Source of the DNA: Amphiscolops sp. MND2022
Lineage: Eukaryota
Reading direction: 5' to 3'
Length of the DNA: 64,000 bases
Assembly: GCA_964187785.1 (NCBI GenBank)
Contig: OZ076409.1
Span: forward strand, 1,426,001 to 1,490,000
The position numbers and the translations under genes are program-made. The first letter of the stretch is position 1. Every line of letters starts with the position of its first letter. Shown here in pieces: positions 44,295 to 56,282 of this stretch. The notes below the pieces were generated by a model, which worked only from the letters and a program-made list of their open reading frames with translations, had not been told where the DNA came from and searched no databases.

Positions 44295-45677
44295 CTTGAA
44301 ATACAAGAGTGAAAGTTCAGATGAATCCTATTTTCAGGAAAAAATCATTTCATATACTAATTATCAGGAAAGCCAATCCTGTATATTTTCAAAGTGTGTC
44401 TAGTTTGAAAACAGAAAAAATCAGATAGACGACCCCCTTTTATTGATCATGTCCAAAAATGGTCATAATTGATAAGCTTTATAATTTAATTTTTATGAAA
44501 GTATTTTCAGCGACTACCGAATTATTTTCTCCAAACATGAAGATTCTGCTTTGTATGAGAATAAAAATTTGTCGAGTCGAAATTGTAAGACAACAAATTT
44601 CAAGAAGCAAGTGGTGCATACGTATGAATTGTGCAAGAAAAAAGCGGTGTAAAAATTTCAATATCGCTTTCAAGTCGAACGGACCAGCGGGCATGCTAAT
44701 GAGGAAAACTGCTTGAAGTAATTCCACTTTTTTCCGATTATGACCGCCAAATTTTCGCCCGGTTGCGAAAAGCCTCTTTAGTAAAATTATCTATGCTCTC
44801 AAAGTTGGAGGAAATCAGGAAGCTTGTAAAATATTGCATCCGATTTTACAAATACCCCCACCCGAAAAGAGTCTTATATGCTCGTATTCCCGCGGGCAAA
44901 GCCCCTTTCCTATTGACACTGCAGTCTACATGAGGCAATTTGTAAAAGCAGATTCGCAAATTCTTTCAGCTGAAAAGCAATTGTGAATAAATTGTATGAC
45001 TCTAATTGAAATCACTGGTGGATTAGAGTTTTTAAGTCTCTTTTCTTTAAAGCTCATTTGTGCTTTTTCTTCTATCGATCCAGGCGATGCCAGAAGAGAC
45101 AAAATGACGTCATAAATATACAGAACACGAAGTGCAGTTATGTCAGACAAATGCAGCCAGTTTGAAAGCACCTTTCAAGTCATACAAAATACATGCAAAT
45201 TTCCAATGACACTTGAAATTTTAATGAAGTCTCGCGCAATTTTGCATTATCTTGCAAAAATCAGAGAATTCTGCATTATCTTGCAAAAATCAGAGAATTC
45301 TGCATTATCTTGCAAAAATCAGAGAAATTTTGGCACCATAATGCGCGAATGAATCTTCCTAAAAATTCTCCAGAAAAATTCAAGTAAGACTGTAGACAAT
45401 GGAGAATATATGGCGACATGCATTGTTGTAAAGAAAAAGTATTTTTTGTTAGAAAAAACGGTGTCTGTTAAAATTTTGGATCGCTCTTACTTTTGCCGAA
45501 AGAAGTTTCCATTAGAAACTTCCCTAAAAATTGATTTTTCAGAAATGGTTTCCTGAAAATCAACGATAATATTTCTATAGTTGATACTCGACTTTTTTTC
45601 CAGCTAGCATTCGAGAAAGAAAATATTGGAATAATGTGAAACAAATTTTAAAATTTTTAAGCTCAAAATATCTTTTA

Positions 45678-46177
45678 ACAAGCCGGGAACGGCCTAAGTC
45701 GGCGCCATATCTAAGGCTCAAAAATAGCAAAAGGACTTCAAAGTGTCAAGTATTCTCTTCTACAGTACCCGAATGGGGAAAAAAATTCCGAAATTTTTTT
45801 AAGGTTCTGGTAAGTCGCATAGTGCCGAAAAATGTAAAAGTGGAGACCCTTTGGGATTTTTCGAACATCCATTTTGTTGCAAAATAGAAAAAAACAAGGG
45901 GGACCTTTTGGAGAAATTGAAAAAAATTGCGAAAAAAAGTCTCACAAAGCCGAAATAACATGCACAAAAAATTTCGGTCAAGGTCTGGACTCGAACCCAC
46001 GTTCTTCTGCTTGGCAGACCTCAAAAAATCAGAAGCAGAAGAAGCTACATTAGTGTGGCAGTTACTGGAAGCCAGCTTATAAAGCTTATAAAATCTGTCA
46101 CTTCGTTGGTCTTAAAAAAGAAAAAAAGAGAAAAGTCACTACTATAGTCTGCGTTTTTCTACGAAAAGCGCCGACTA
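45678..46177 (-). mobile_element. DINE-1/HINE-like family A copy with an internal B-box fragment
   Basis: Both termini intact. Minus strand has GTGGGTTCGAGTCC near 45985-46000. Ends 42 bp before Shaw exon 4. Confidence 0.75.
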
Positions 46178-46219
46178 AAAAATTCAAGATTTCCTGACGG
46201 TTTTTTTCTGTAATTTCAG

Positions 46220-46370
46220 GTGATTTCAATCCTGTCCATTCTCTGCATCATCGCCTCAATTTGCTGTTTCTGCCTCGGAACTCACGCGTATTTTCAACAA
46301 TGTCCCCTGACATCCAAATCTCAAAACCCACTCCCGACCGACTTTCCCGGCAATATTTCCACAAATTATA
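46220..46370 (+). CDS. Shaw: Shaw/Kv3 coding exon 4 (S1 and start of the S1-S2 loop)
   Basis: tttcag|GTG: VISILSILCIIASICCFCLGTHAYF... (Kv S1 motif SI..FCL.TH). Donor A|GTGAGT. Phase 0 in, 1 out. Absent from the ORF track. Confidence 0.9.
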
Positions 46371-46936
46371 GTGAGTCATCTTTTATCCAAGTTAACTAAT
46401 CCAAAACTATCAGCACTGGCTTGGAGTAAGATTGCGAAACACTCCAAAATTTTCGTCTTTCCCACATTTTTAGCTCGGGGTATAGGCCATTTCAGCCCTA
46501 AATTAGATTTTGTGGTAAATTCATTTAAATGAAGATTCTTCGACTAACAATCTATAGTTCTTCAATTCTAATTTTACACTGAGGGTGAGTTTTTAACTAC
46601 GATGAGTAAAAAAATGCAGTCTGACACTCAAACTAAAAGAGGATCATCAATGAAGATTAGGTATTTAAGATAACCAACTTACAGCAACTTTTTATCAGCA
46701 GCTTGATTATGCTTCAGCTTTTTTTGGGGAAAAAAACGAAATTATTTTCAGTTTTTTCCACAATTTTCTCGCTAATGTTCTGTTCTTTCGTTGCGGAAGC
46801 TTAGAAGTCTTTAAAAGCCCATTTTGTAATCCTTCCTCAATGTGCCCCTAAAAACCTGAAAAGTCCAGGAAATTCGAATAATCATAGAATCAGAAATTTG
46901 AGATTCGATTCCCATAGTTGACAATTTTTAAACTGA

Positions 46937-47394
46937 ACAAGCCGAGAATGGCTCAAGTCGGCGACACATCTAAGGCTCGAAAATAGCGAAAGGACTTCAA
47001 TATGTCAAAGTATTGGTGAATTGGGGACCCGTTTTTGGAAAAAAATTGTAAAAAGTCTCTCAATGCCGGAAAAAATGAAACGGGGGACCCTTTGGAACTT
47101 TTCAACATCCATTCTGTCGGAAAATATCAAAAAATTGAAGGAAGACCCTTTGGTGAATTTTTTCGAAAAAAAGTCTCTCAGAGCAGAAAATACTTTAAGG
47201 GAGTACCCTTTGGCCCCGTTGAGTTTCTCAGATGATGTAAAAATACTACTTCGTAAGCCAAGTAAGAATTGTAAAAATTGTAAGATTGTAAGAATTGTAA
47301 GAAAAGTGGACCATTCAGAGTGAGATTGTAGGCTGAAAAAAATTACTCACTGTAATAGTCGGGCTTTTTTCCTTAAGGGAAAAGGCGCCGACTA
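46937..47394 (-). mobile_element. DINE-1/HINE-like family A copy
   Basis: ACAAGCCGAGAATGGCTCAAGTCGGCG ... AAAAGGCGCCGACTA. Confidence 0.7.
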
Positions 47395-47499
47395 AAAAAC
47401 GGTCAACTATGGGATCGAATCTCAAGCATCCGAATTTATAATTATCCGAATCTCGTGAACTTTTTAGGTTTGAAGATGACCATTTTTCTTTGTTTTCAG

Positions 47500-47750
47500 C
47501 AGCATCTGGGGTGTCAGCCAACGCGACGAGCGAGGAAGATGGAGAACTATTATTGAGTTCGTTTGACCCCATTCCTTTAGCGGAATGCGAGCCAATTGAG
47601 TTGTTAGAATACATTCAACTCTTCTGCAATTCTTGGTTCACGTTCGAGGTCCTCGTTCGCTTTGTGAGTTGCCCCAACAAAACCGCTTTTTTCAGAGCCC
47701 CCATAAACCTACTCGATGTAGTCGCCACTGCAATATTCTACTCTGAAGAA
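47500..47750 (+). CDS. Shaw: Shaw/Kv3 coding exon 5 (S2-S3)
   Basis: LEYIQLFCNSWFTFEVLVRFVSCPNKTAFFRAPINLLDVVAT. CAGCAG acceptor (47500 or 47503), donor GAA|GTAAGT. Phase 1 in, 0 out. Confidence 0.93.
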
Positions 47751-47951
47751 GTAAGTTTTTTTACAAACACTTTTCAATAGTTTTTGTTTCTTCTTAAGTA
47801 GGAGTCAATTTTTGCAGCCAATTGGCATAACTTTTGTTTATCGTTCTCGTCCCTTGAATAACCAGGTATCAACCTGCGGTATTCTAAGTGTCTTTTACTG
47901 TGTGTAACAGAGGTTTCATAAAAATGAGAGGCTTCAATTGATCCATCATGA

Positions 47952-48349
47952 CACCGAACCGAACCGAACCGAACCGAACCGAACCGAACCGACTCGTATA
48001 TGAACCGAAAACTGAAAATTCATTCCGGTTCGGTTTACATGTACCCGGTGTTAACCAGGGTGATGTGATATATGCGGTGTATGTCGCAGCATATAACCTT
48101 GCATTTCTTAGAAATAGAACAACTAACAGCCACTGCTGCTAACAACCACATTTTTCATTGACCAATTATCAACCAACCAACCAGTTTCATTGATTCACAA
48201 GTTCAATTGAATTCTTCCACCAAACACTAGATTTTAAACTTAAAGATTTTAGACTTAAAAGAACCGAACCGAAGTTGAAAACCCATTTTTTGGCCCGAAC
48301 CGAACCGCAACCGAACCGAGTTTGAAATTTCCCGGACCGCCGACGCCTA
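47952..48349. repeat. (ACCGA)n microsatellite-rich remnant of a hAT-like MITE
   Basis: ACCGA repeats at 47952-47991 and ~48262-48318. The segment is bracketed by the direct repeat CATGACAC (47947, 48350) and ends ..GACGCCTA. Confidence 0.5.
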
Positions 48350-48603
48350 CATGACACCGATCGGAATTCAGTTACTTAGATGTAGCTCACATAAACCATC
48401 CAATCGCGGTTAACGATTAATCAAGTTCATGAGCCGTGGGGTTTCGAGGTTGATGAGTCTAGACACAACCGATGAGCTAAGCGATCAATTACGGGCATAA
48501 TCTACAGTTGACTACGGCTAATTGCAAATCCGACGAACCGAATGAGATGAGATAGTTGCAATTTTGTAAATTTAACCATTACGAATAAAATAGGCTAATT
48601 CAA

Positions 48604-48995
48604 CTAGTAAATGTTTCGATTAGCTTCGATTGCAAGTTCGAGAGAGTCTATTTTCTCAATTTTGTTGAGAGTCTTATTTTCGCAAAACAGCTCATTAAGC
48701 TGATTATCCATTGAAAGTGCATCTGATGCAGAAGTTTGGACAATAGCAAGTTGCTCATTATCGCTTTCAACATCGACGGTTCTGTTGTTTTGAACTTCCT
48801 GTACAAATTTTGCATCGGTTAGTTTCCCGCAGCAAGCAATGCCGTCGTCTGTAGTGACAAACACCTCGAAAGGTTCAGCTGTTACGTTCTCTGGAAGAGA
48901 CAGATCAGCTCGTTCTTGGTCAATGACATCAAAAACATCGTCAGTCGAAACACCATGCATGATACCTGCTTTTTGAAACAATTTTTGGATAGTCT
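48604..48995 (-). pseudogene. Tigger/pogo transposase C-terminal remnant
   Basis: TIQ..FQKAG ... FEVFVTTDDGIACCGKLTDAKFVQEV ... SASDAL resembles the acidic C-terminus of pogo/Tigger (TIGD-like) transposases. No DDE domain upstream. Confidence 0.6.
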
Positions 48996-49080
48996 GTGCG
49001 GTTCACAAAACAAATGCCGGCCGTAACATGAACATTGTTCTTTATTTTCCGCTCACATTAAATAGGAAGTCAAAATCTGT

Positions 49081-49260
49081 GTTGCGTTTTTTTCCAAAAT
49101 CAGCCAAATCTCTACTTTATTACTCCATTTAGTAGAATCTAATCACCATGGCGCAGTTGGTAGTGTGTCTGCCTGACAGACACGAGGTCGTGGGTTCGAA
49201 CCCGTGATGATGCGTTACATTTTTAGCGGAAAATATCCCGGAGCTCAGCGGGCGTATTGT
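49081..49260 (+). mobile_element. Repeat family B copy with an internal tRNA-like A/B-box segment
   Basis: TGGCGCAGTTGG (A box) ... GGTTCGAACCC (B box) ... GCGGGCGTATTGT. Paralog of 6065-6245. Confidence 0.65.
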
Positions 49261-50738
49261 AAAGTATCAGTCGTTTGGGCAAAGACACAATTATTTGACG
49301 TAGAAGGTTGCTTCGATAGTTCATTTGGGTTCATCGAATGATACCTTGATCCAAAAATTGATGATGATGTTTACCACAAGATGAAGCGGCAATGTAGACA
49401 AAAGAGCTTCAAACTCATAGAAGATTACTTATGGGTAGATTGCAAACTTATTGTACCCATCTCTGACTGGCGTGTGGAATATTTATAACAGGGGGGTTGA
49501 GACCGGGCAGGTTCCCATTTTGGCGACATTTTGGCGGGTCTGAGGTCTAGCGGTGCCGAGCCCAGTTGATCATTCATTAGTTTATTCATTTTACACCCCT
49601 GCCTGTTGAAGAAACATTATCGTGTTAAGTAACATTAAGTAACCTTTTACTGAGAAATATCTGTTGCATTCAGGCGTAGTTTGCAATTAGACGAAGCGGT
49701 TTAAACCGGAGTATGAACGGGACTTCATTTTTGCAATTATTGCAACGGCAAGCTGTTATCGGTCGCTTAACGCGTTAGCAGAGGCGGAGGAACATGCAGA
49801 AATGGGTGTATCGCTCGGGACAGGCGCCCATCGCCACAGATCCATAGCTAGCCCCTAAAAATGCCAAGAATATTGTAAATTTCCAGTTCCAGGGTGACAT
49901 TAGAATAACATCTAAAATTGCTAAAACTAGATCCCGGGCTAGCAATTACAGCTAAAAACAGTAAAAATACATGAAAGCACGCATAAATCGGGCAGACCAC
50001 ACAGCTACAAGCTGGGGTGCAGGGGTTCCAAACAAGGATCTTTAGGCGAAAAGACTCATTGTTACGGTTTCCGCTACATAGGGTAGCATAATGCTGAAAA
50101 TCGATAAAAACCTGTGTTAACGCCTCAAAAAGAGTCTTTCTACGAGTTTTCACAGTCTCTTTGGAGTCTCAAGTCATTTCGTTCTGTGCGTTCTCGTTCG
50201 GTCTGCACTCGTCTTCGTTTTGCTGTGAAAATAGCGAAAACAGCGAAAAGGGCAATCACATGCTTAGTGCCACGTCACACATCGGATTAGAGTTTTTGAC
50301 AAAATTTTGAATTGATCAAAGTTGCAAAACCGACTGATTTTGCTGTACTAGGGGTGCCGTTACTTATTCAAAGTTTTCAAGTAGGCGATGTGCATTTACC
50401 CGGTGCCCATTTCATGTTAAAAGTGGTGTTGAAACGCGGAGATGTGGATTATATACAGCTGTGCTGTGTGCTCCTCGGTTCATACAACTTTTTAGGGTCA
50501 GTTTTTCAGAATTGTGCTTGTTTTATTGGATTGAAGGACCATGCATTGTTTACCAAGATATACGTGTTCCCAATTTTTACTACCTGTGCCCGACTTGAAG
50601 AAAACTGCCCGACTCTTACAGTTGGTAGTTTTTTCAGACGCGTAAGAACCACTTTTTTGTTCATTTGTTCAACAACAAGAGCTTGTACTACGAACGTTCA
50701 AAACAAACTCGAAACGTCAGAACCTCGTCCTAAACAAA

Positions 50739-52110
50739 ACAAGACGGGAATGTCCCAAGTCGGCGCCATATCTAAGGCTCAAAAATTTCGAGGAACTACT
50801 GTAAACATTTGGAAAAAATTATTTTTTTCATGAAAAAAAGTATTTTTGGAAAAAATTAATTATTTTCAAAAAAAGTATTTTTAAAAAAAACTCGCACAAT
50901 GCCGAAAAACTCAAAAAGCCATTCAAAAAAACGTCATTAAACGTTTTTATAAACGGAAAACTTCAAAAAAATGCAAGGAGGTACCCTTTGATACAATTCG
51001 AAAATTTTCAAAAAAGTCGCATAGTGCCGAAAAAAATTGGTCTCGCCTCTACTTTTGGAAGCATAAAATAATTGTGGTTTAGCGCGAGAGTCAAACTCAC
51101 GATCTACTGCTTCTCAGAAAATTAGTTGAACAAATGAACAAAAGATTGTAAAAAAAGTGGACTATTCAGAGTGAGATTGTCAGCTGAAAAAGAAAACAAG
51201 ACGGGAACGTCCCAAGTCGGCGCCATATCTTAGGCTCAAAAATATTCAAGGAACAGCTATTGGAAATTTTTGGAAATTTTTTTTTTCGAAAAAATTATTT
51301 TTGAATTTTTTTTTCGAAAAAAGTATTTTTTTTAGAAAATCGCACAATGCCACAAAAACTCAAAAAGAGGCCATTCAGGCTCATTGAACGTTTTTACAAA
51401 CCGAAAACTTCAAAAAAATGCAATTGATAGAATCCGAAAATTTTCGAAAAAAAAGTCGCATAGTGCCGAAAAAAAACGAAAAAAATCAAACGAAACGAAA
51501 CAAAGCTTTGGTCTCGCATCTACTTTTGGAAACATAAAAAATTTGTGGTTTAGTGCGAGAATCGAACCCACGATCTCCTGCTTTTCAGAAAATTAGTTGA
51601 ACAAATGTGAACAAATGTGAACAAAGATTGTAAGAAAAGTGGACCACTCAGAGTGAGATTGTCAACTGAAAAAAAAACTACTCACTGTAAGAGTCGGGCT
51701 TTTTTCCTTAAGGGAAAAGGCGCCGACTAAAAAACACTGTAAGAGTCGGGATTTTTTCCTTAAGAGAAAAGCCGCCGACTAAAAACGACCTCAAAAACAT
51801 ACTAAGGATCCCCGTTGTTCGAAAATTTTTGGATTGCATCGAAGGGTCCCCCTTCAATTTTGTAACAGAATAGATGTTAAAAAAACTAAAGGGTCTCCCT
51901 CTTACATTTTTCGGCACTGTGACAATGCTCAAAGTTCTCAATTTTAGTTTCATTTCGAAACCTTTTTCATGTTTCCAAAGGGTCCTTCTTCATTTTTTCC
52001 ATGTTTTGCAACAAACTGGAGTTTCGAAAAGCCCAAAGGCCCCCAATTTTAAAAACGATGCGCTTTTTGAGCCTTAGATATAGCGCCGACTTTGGCCATT
52101 CCGTCTTCTT
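50739..52110. mobile_element. Cluster of DINE-1/HINE-like family A copies (two head-to-tail, one duplicated end, one in the opposite orientation)
   Basis: ACAAGACGGGAA..AAGTCGGCGCC at 50739 and 51196; GCCGACTA ends at 51729 and 51781. The inverted copy ends GAGCCTTAGATATAGCGCCGACTT.. near 52110. Confidence 0.7.
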
Positions 52111-53805
52111 AATAATAATGTTTGTTCTGCTGTTATTTTGAAATTGGTAACAGGACTTCCACCAAGATTCGTAGACGATAGATGTTTGTTTAAGGAGCTC
52201 TGTCAAACTTTCTCATTTTTTACATGAAAAGTAGAAAGTGAATGGCAACCAAAATGATTTACCGCATTTTTCGAAATGAGAATTTACAAGAGGTAATTTA
52301 CATATACTCTCTCAGGTCTGAAATTATGTAACTTGAATAAAATTGTGCGGCAGTTCATTATGCGTGTTTATCTGTTACTTCTAATTGCTATTCCCATTAC
52401 ATCGCTAGCTGCCGGTTGTCAAGATTAGGAGCTTTTTGAGAGTGTAGATAAAAAGTGTCAGGGGAATTTCCCGCCGAAGTTCACCCGTTTTTCAGCGAAA
52501 TTGCATCTGAAATTCAGATTACCTCTCATCACAATTTGTCATTTTCGAATCCCGGAATAGCCAAAATACTGTGAAAGTAATTATTGCGACCGGTACAGCT
52601 GAGATTGACCATGGTCAAAGACTGGTAAATGTCGCAATCAGTAGCTAAATGTCGCAATCAGTAGCTAAATGACTGCAACGGCAAAAAGAATCCTGTAAAT
52701 TATTCCGGGATCATGAATTGTGAATGCATGTGGAAAATGATGATTAGTACATTTTTTGTTTAGTTCAATTCATGGAAACGAAAAAACGTTGGTAATACCG
52801 TTTTATGGTTTGACAGATATAGCAAAACATTTGCGCTATATCCGAACAAACGACGTTATATTCGAATTCAATTAAATCTTGCCAAGAAGAAGTGTTGCTC
52901 TCAAATTTAACCAGTTGTGAAATTTTGTAAATTTTCAAATTATAATATAAAATGATAAAAACTTCCGATATAACGAACTTATATTGAAAAACATGGAATC
53001 ACGCTATCATGGAAAAATGTTTGTTTCGGCACTGTGGGAAGCCGTCATTTTTCGTTACCTGCTACTTTCGTGCCCTAATCACTAGGACCTGTTTTGTAGA
53101 ACTCTGGGTCACTTCCGTCGGTTTGAAAAACAGTATGATGGTATCCCTGGTCGAAACTACAGGAACTTTTTACATGCAGCATTAAAGTACGCAGGCTAAT
53201 TTGTTGGAAAACATCGAAAATTCAGGGACCCTGCATTGAAAATTCTTGTAAAACTTACCTGCAGCTTGGAAATAGAGTATAGTAGTTGGAACGCTATTCC
53301 GAAACGCTTTAAAGAAAGTCGGCTTTGGACGTTGGAATTCCATCCAGGACTCTGGCTTAAGTTATGAAGTTTGTCTCCAACCTTCGAAAAGTTTGAAATC
53401 GGAGAAAATGAATTTTTACAAGTTAAAAGACCAGGAAGAATCTATGACACAGCAAAATGCTGGCAAGGATAGATTAGTTCAGACCGAGGAATTATTTTTT
53501 CAGCAAAATCAGATTTTTCCCGAAATCTGTGGAAAACATAGGGTTTGTTAAACATCACAGAAATCTAGATCCAACTGTAGGTTTTGAGAAGTGAATGAGT
53601 CGCTTGTAAACGTTTCAAGTTGGAATTAAGGAGTAAATGTAAATAGTACAAAAATGTTAACGATAGATACTCAAAAGGGCTTTTTCTAAACTGCAGTTAG
53701 GTTTTTTCTCAAAACAGTTCTCAAAAAATATCGGCATCAGTGTCGAATTTTCAATACAAATACCTGACAAGTTGAATGTCAAAATATAAGCCGCATCAGT
53801 AGATG

Positions 53806-55382
53806 TTTGTAATGGTTTATTAGCCGCGGCTTCTAATTCACGGAAATGCTAATAATAGATACTTAAAAGAGCGACAAGTATTTTTTTGACAATATTGACA
53901 ATATAATTTTTGTAATGGTTTATTAGCCGCGGCTTCTAATTCACGGAAATGCTAATAATAGATACTTAAAAGAGCGACAAGTATTTTTTTGACAATATTG
54001 ACAATATAATTTTTGTAATGGTTTATTAGCCGCGGCTTCTAATTCACGGAAATGCTAATAATAGATACTTAAAAGAGCGACAAGTATTTTTTTGACAATA
54101 TTGACAATATAATTTTTGTAATGGTTTATTAGCCGCGGCTTCTAATTCACGGAAATGCTAATAATAGATACTTAAAAGAGCGACAAGTATTTTTTTGACA
54201 ATATTGACAATATAATTTTTGTAATGGTTTATTAGCCGCGGCTTCTAATTCACGGAAATGCTAATAATAGATACTTAAAAGAGCGACAAGTATTTTTTTG
54301 ACAATATTGACAATATAATTTTTGTAATGGTTTATTAGCCGCGGCTTCTAATTCACGGAAATGCTAATAATAGATACTTAAAAGAGCGACAAGTATTTTT
54401 TTGACAATATTGACAATATAATTTTTGTAATGGTTTATTAGCCGCGGCTTCTAATTCACGGAAATGCTAATAATAGATACTTAAAAGAGCGACAAGTATT
54501 TTTTTGACAATATTGACAATATAATTTTTGTAATGGTTTATTAGCCGCGGCTTCTAATTCACGGAAATGCTAATAATAGATACTTAAAAGAGCGACAAGT
54601 ATTTTTTTGACAATATTGACAATATAATTTTTGTAATGGTTTATTAGCCGCGGCTTCTAATTCACGGAAATGCTAATAATAGATACTTAAAAGAGCGACA
54701 AGTATTTTTTTGACAATATTGACAATATAATTTTTGTAATGGTTTATTAGCCGCGGCTTCTAATTCACGGAAATGCTAATAATAGATACTTAAAAGAGCG
54801 ACAAGTATTTTTTGACAATATTGACAATATAATTTTTGTAATGGTTTATTAGCCGCGGCTTCTAATTCACGGAAATGCTAATAATAGATACTTAAAAGAG
54901 CGACAAGTATTTTTTTGACAATATTGACAATATAATTTTTGTAATGGTTTATTAGCCGCGGCTTCTAATTCACGAAAATGCTAATATTAGATACTTAAAA
55001 GAGCGACAAGTATTTTTTTGACAATATTGACAATATAATTTTTGTAATGGTTTATTAGCCGCGGCTTCTAATTCACGAAAATGCTAATAATAGATACTTA
55101 AAAGAGCGACAAGTATTTTTTTGACAATATTGACAATATAATTTTTGTAATGGTTTATTAGCCGCGGCTTCTAATTCACGAAAATGCTAATAATAGATAC
55201 TTAATAGAGCGACAAGTATTTTTTGACAAAATTGACAATATAATTTTTGTAATGGTTTATTAGCCGCGGCTTCTAATTCACGAAAATGCTAATAATAGAT
55301 ACTTAAAAGAGCGACAAGTATTTTTTGACAATATTGACAATATAATTTTTGTAATGCTTTATTAGCCGCGGCTTCTAATTCA
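53806..55382. repeat. Tandem array, 103-bp unit x ~15.3
   Basis: TAGCCGCGG at 53821, 53924, 54027 ... 55363. Units are near-identical and each contains the palindrome AGCCGCGGCT. Confidence 0.97.
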
Positions 55383-55421
55383 AGGCTTTTATCTCAAGTC
55401 CCAATTAATGCACAATTTCAG

Positions 55422-55689
55422 ACGCTGAAGTATTTCAAAGTGGACGCTTTCATGGTCGATCTTCTGGACTTTCTGCGCATCATCCGGATATTCCGGCTCT
55501 TCAAACTCACCAGATTTTCAGCCGGACTAAAAATCCTGCTGCACACTCTGTACGTGAGTGCCGGGGAACTCCTTCTTCTCATCTTTTTCCTCATCTTCGG
55601 AATCGTCATTTTCTCCAGCATGTGTTACTTCGCCGAAAAAATCAGAGTGCGCAATGACACAAACCTCCCCACACTCGGTCATGACCTAG
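55422..55689 (+). CDS. Shaw: Shaw/Kv3 coding exon 6 (S3-S4 linker, S4, S4-S5, S5)
   Basis: tttcag|ACG: ...LLDFLRIIRIFRLFKLTRFSAGLKILLHTLYVSAGELLLLIFFLIFGIVIFSSMCYFAEK. The 3' boundary (AG|GTTGAA, phase 1) is less certain; the alternative is 55677. Confidence 0.92.
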
Positions 55690-55836
55690 GTTGAACAAAA
55701 ATACAGTTCCTGAAAATATCTTGCAAGGCGTCTTGCAAGATCTTGCAGGACAATGCATTATTCTTGCAAGCTGTCTTGCAATATTCTTGCAAGAAATCGA
55801 TTGAAATTGCGAGAGATATGCAAGGAAAGTATCAAA

Positions 55837-56282
55837 CAGGGTGACCGAAAATATTATTTTGACAATATTTTAGCCAAAAATACAATTATTTTATTTCTAT
55901 TCTCAAGAATAAAATAATTGCAAAAGATTTGTCTCAAAAATTATTGCAATAATTGCAAAAAAATTCACAATATAATTCTATAATTATATGGGTTTTGAAG
56001 TAGTTTTTGCCGACCAGAGATCCCTGTGATAATGGAAAAATTGGATGGCCTCCATACGCAGTGGACGTAAAGGACGGTTATTAGATATAATCCAGTCAAT
56101 CAATCCTACAAAATTGCAAGCTTTTGTTGAAACGTTTCAGCAGAACTATTTGGGCGGTTAAATAAATAATTTGTATTTCGAGATTCGAAAATAAATGTTT
56201 TTATTCCATCATCTCAAAAATAAATTATTAATATTGATATATTGCAGTTATTTTCGTTGAAATATTTTTTTCGGTAACACTG
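55837..56282. mobile_element. hAT-type MITE nested in a CTTGCAAG-rich repeat (~55710-57000)
   Basis: TIRs CAGGGTGACCGAAAA / TTTTCGGTAACACTG. Flanks GTATCAAA / GTAACAAA (7/8 TSD). Confidence 0.6.

Noticed and set aside
3879..49205. Functional tRNA genes at ~3880, ~6120-6185, ~7760, ~39330 and ~49150
   Set aside because: A/B boxes are present, but I could not fold complete cloverleaves, and they sit within repeated elements.
3390..52206. Short ORFs such as 3390..3695, 6815..7042, 36502..36813, 45746..46024, 47021..47323 and 51708..52206
   Set aside because: All lie in copies of the non-coding family A repeat.
53806..55382. CRISPR-like array (palindromic repeat)
   Set aside because: Whole units are near-identical with no unique spacers, there are no cas genes, and the context is a eukaryotic intron.
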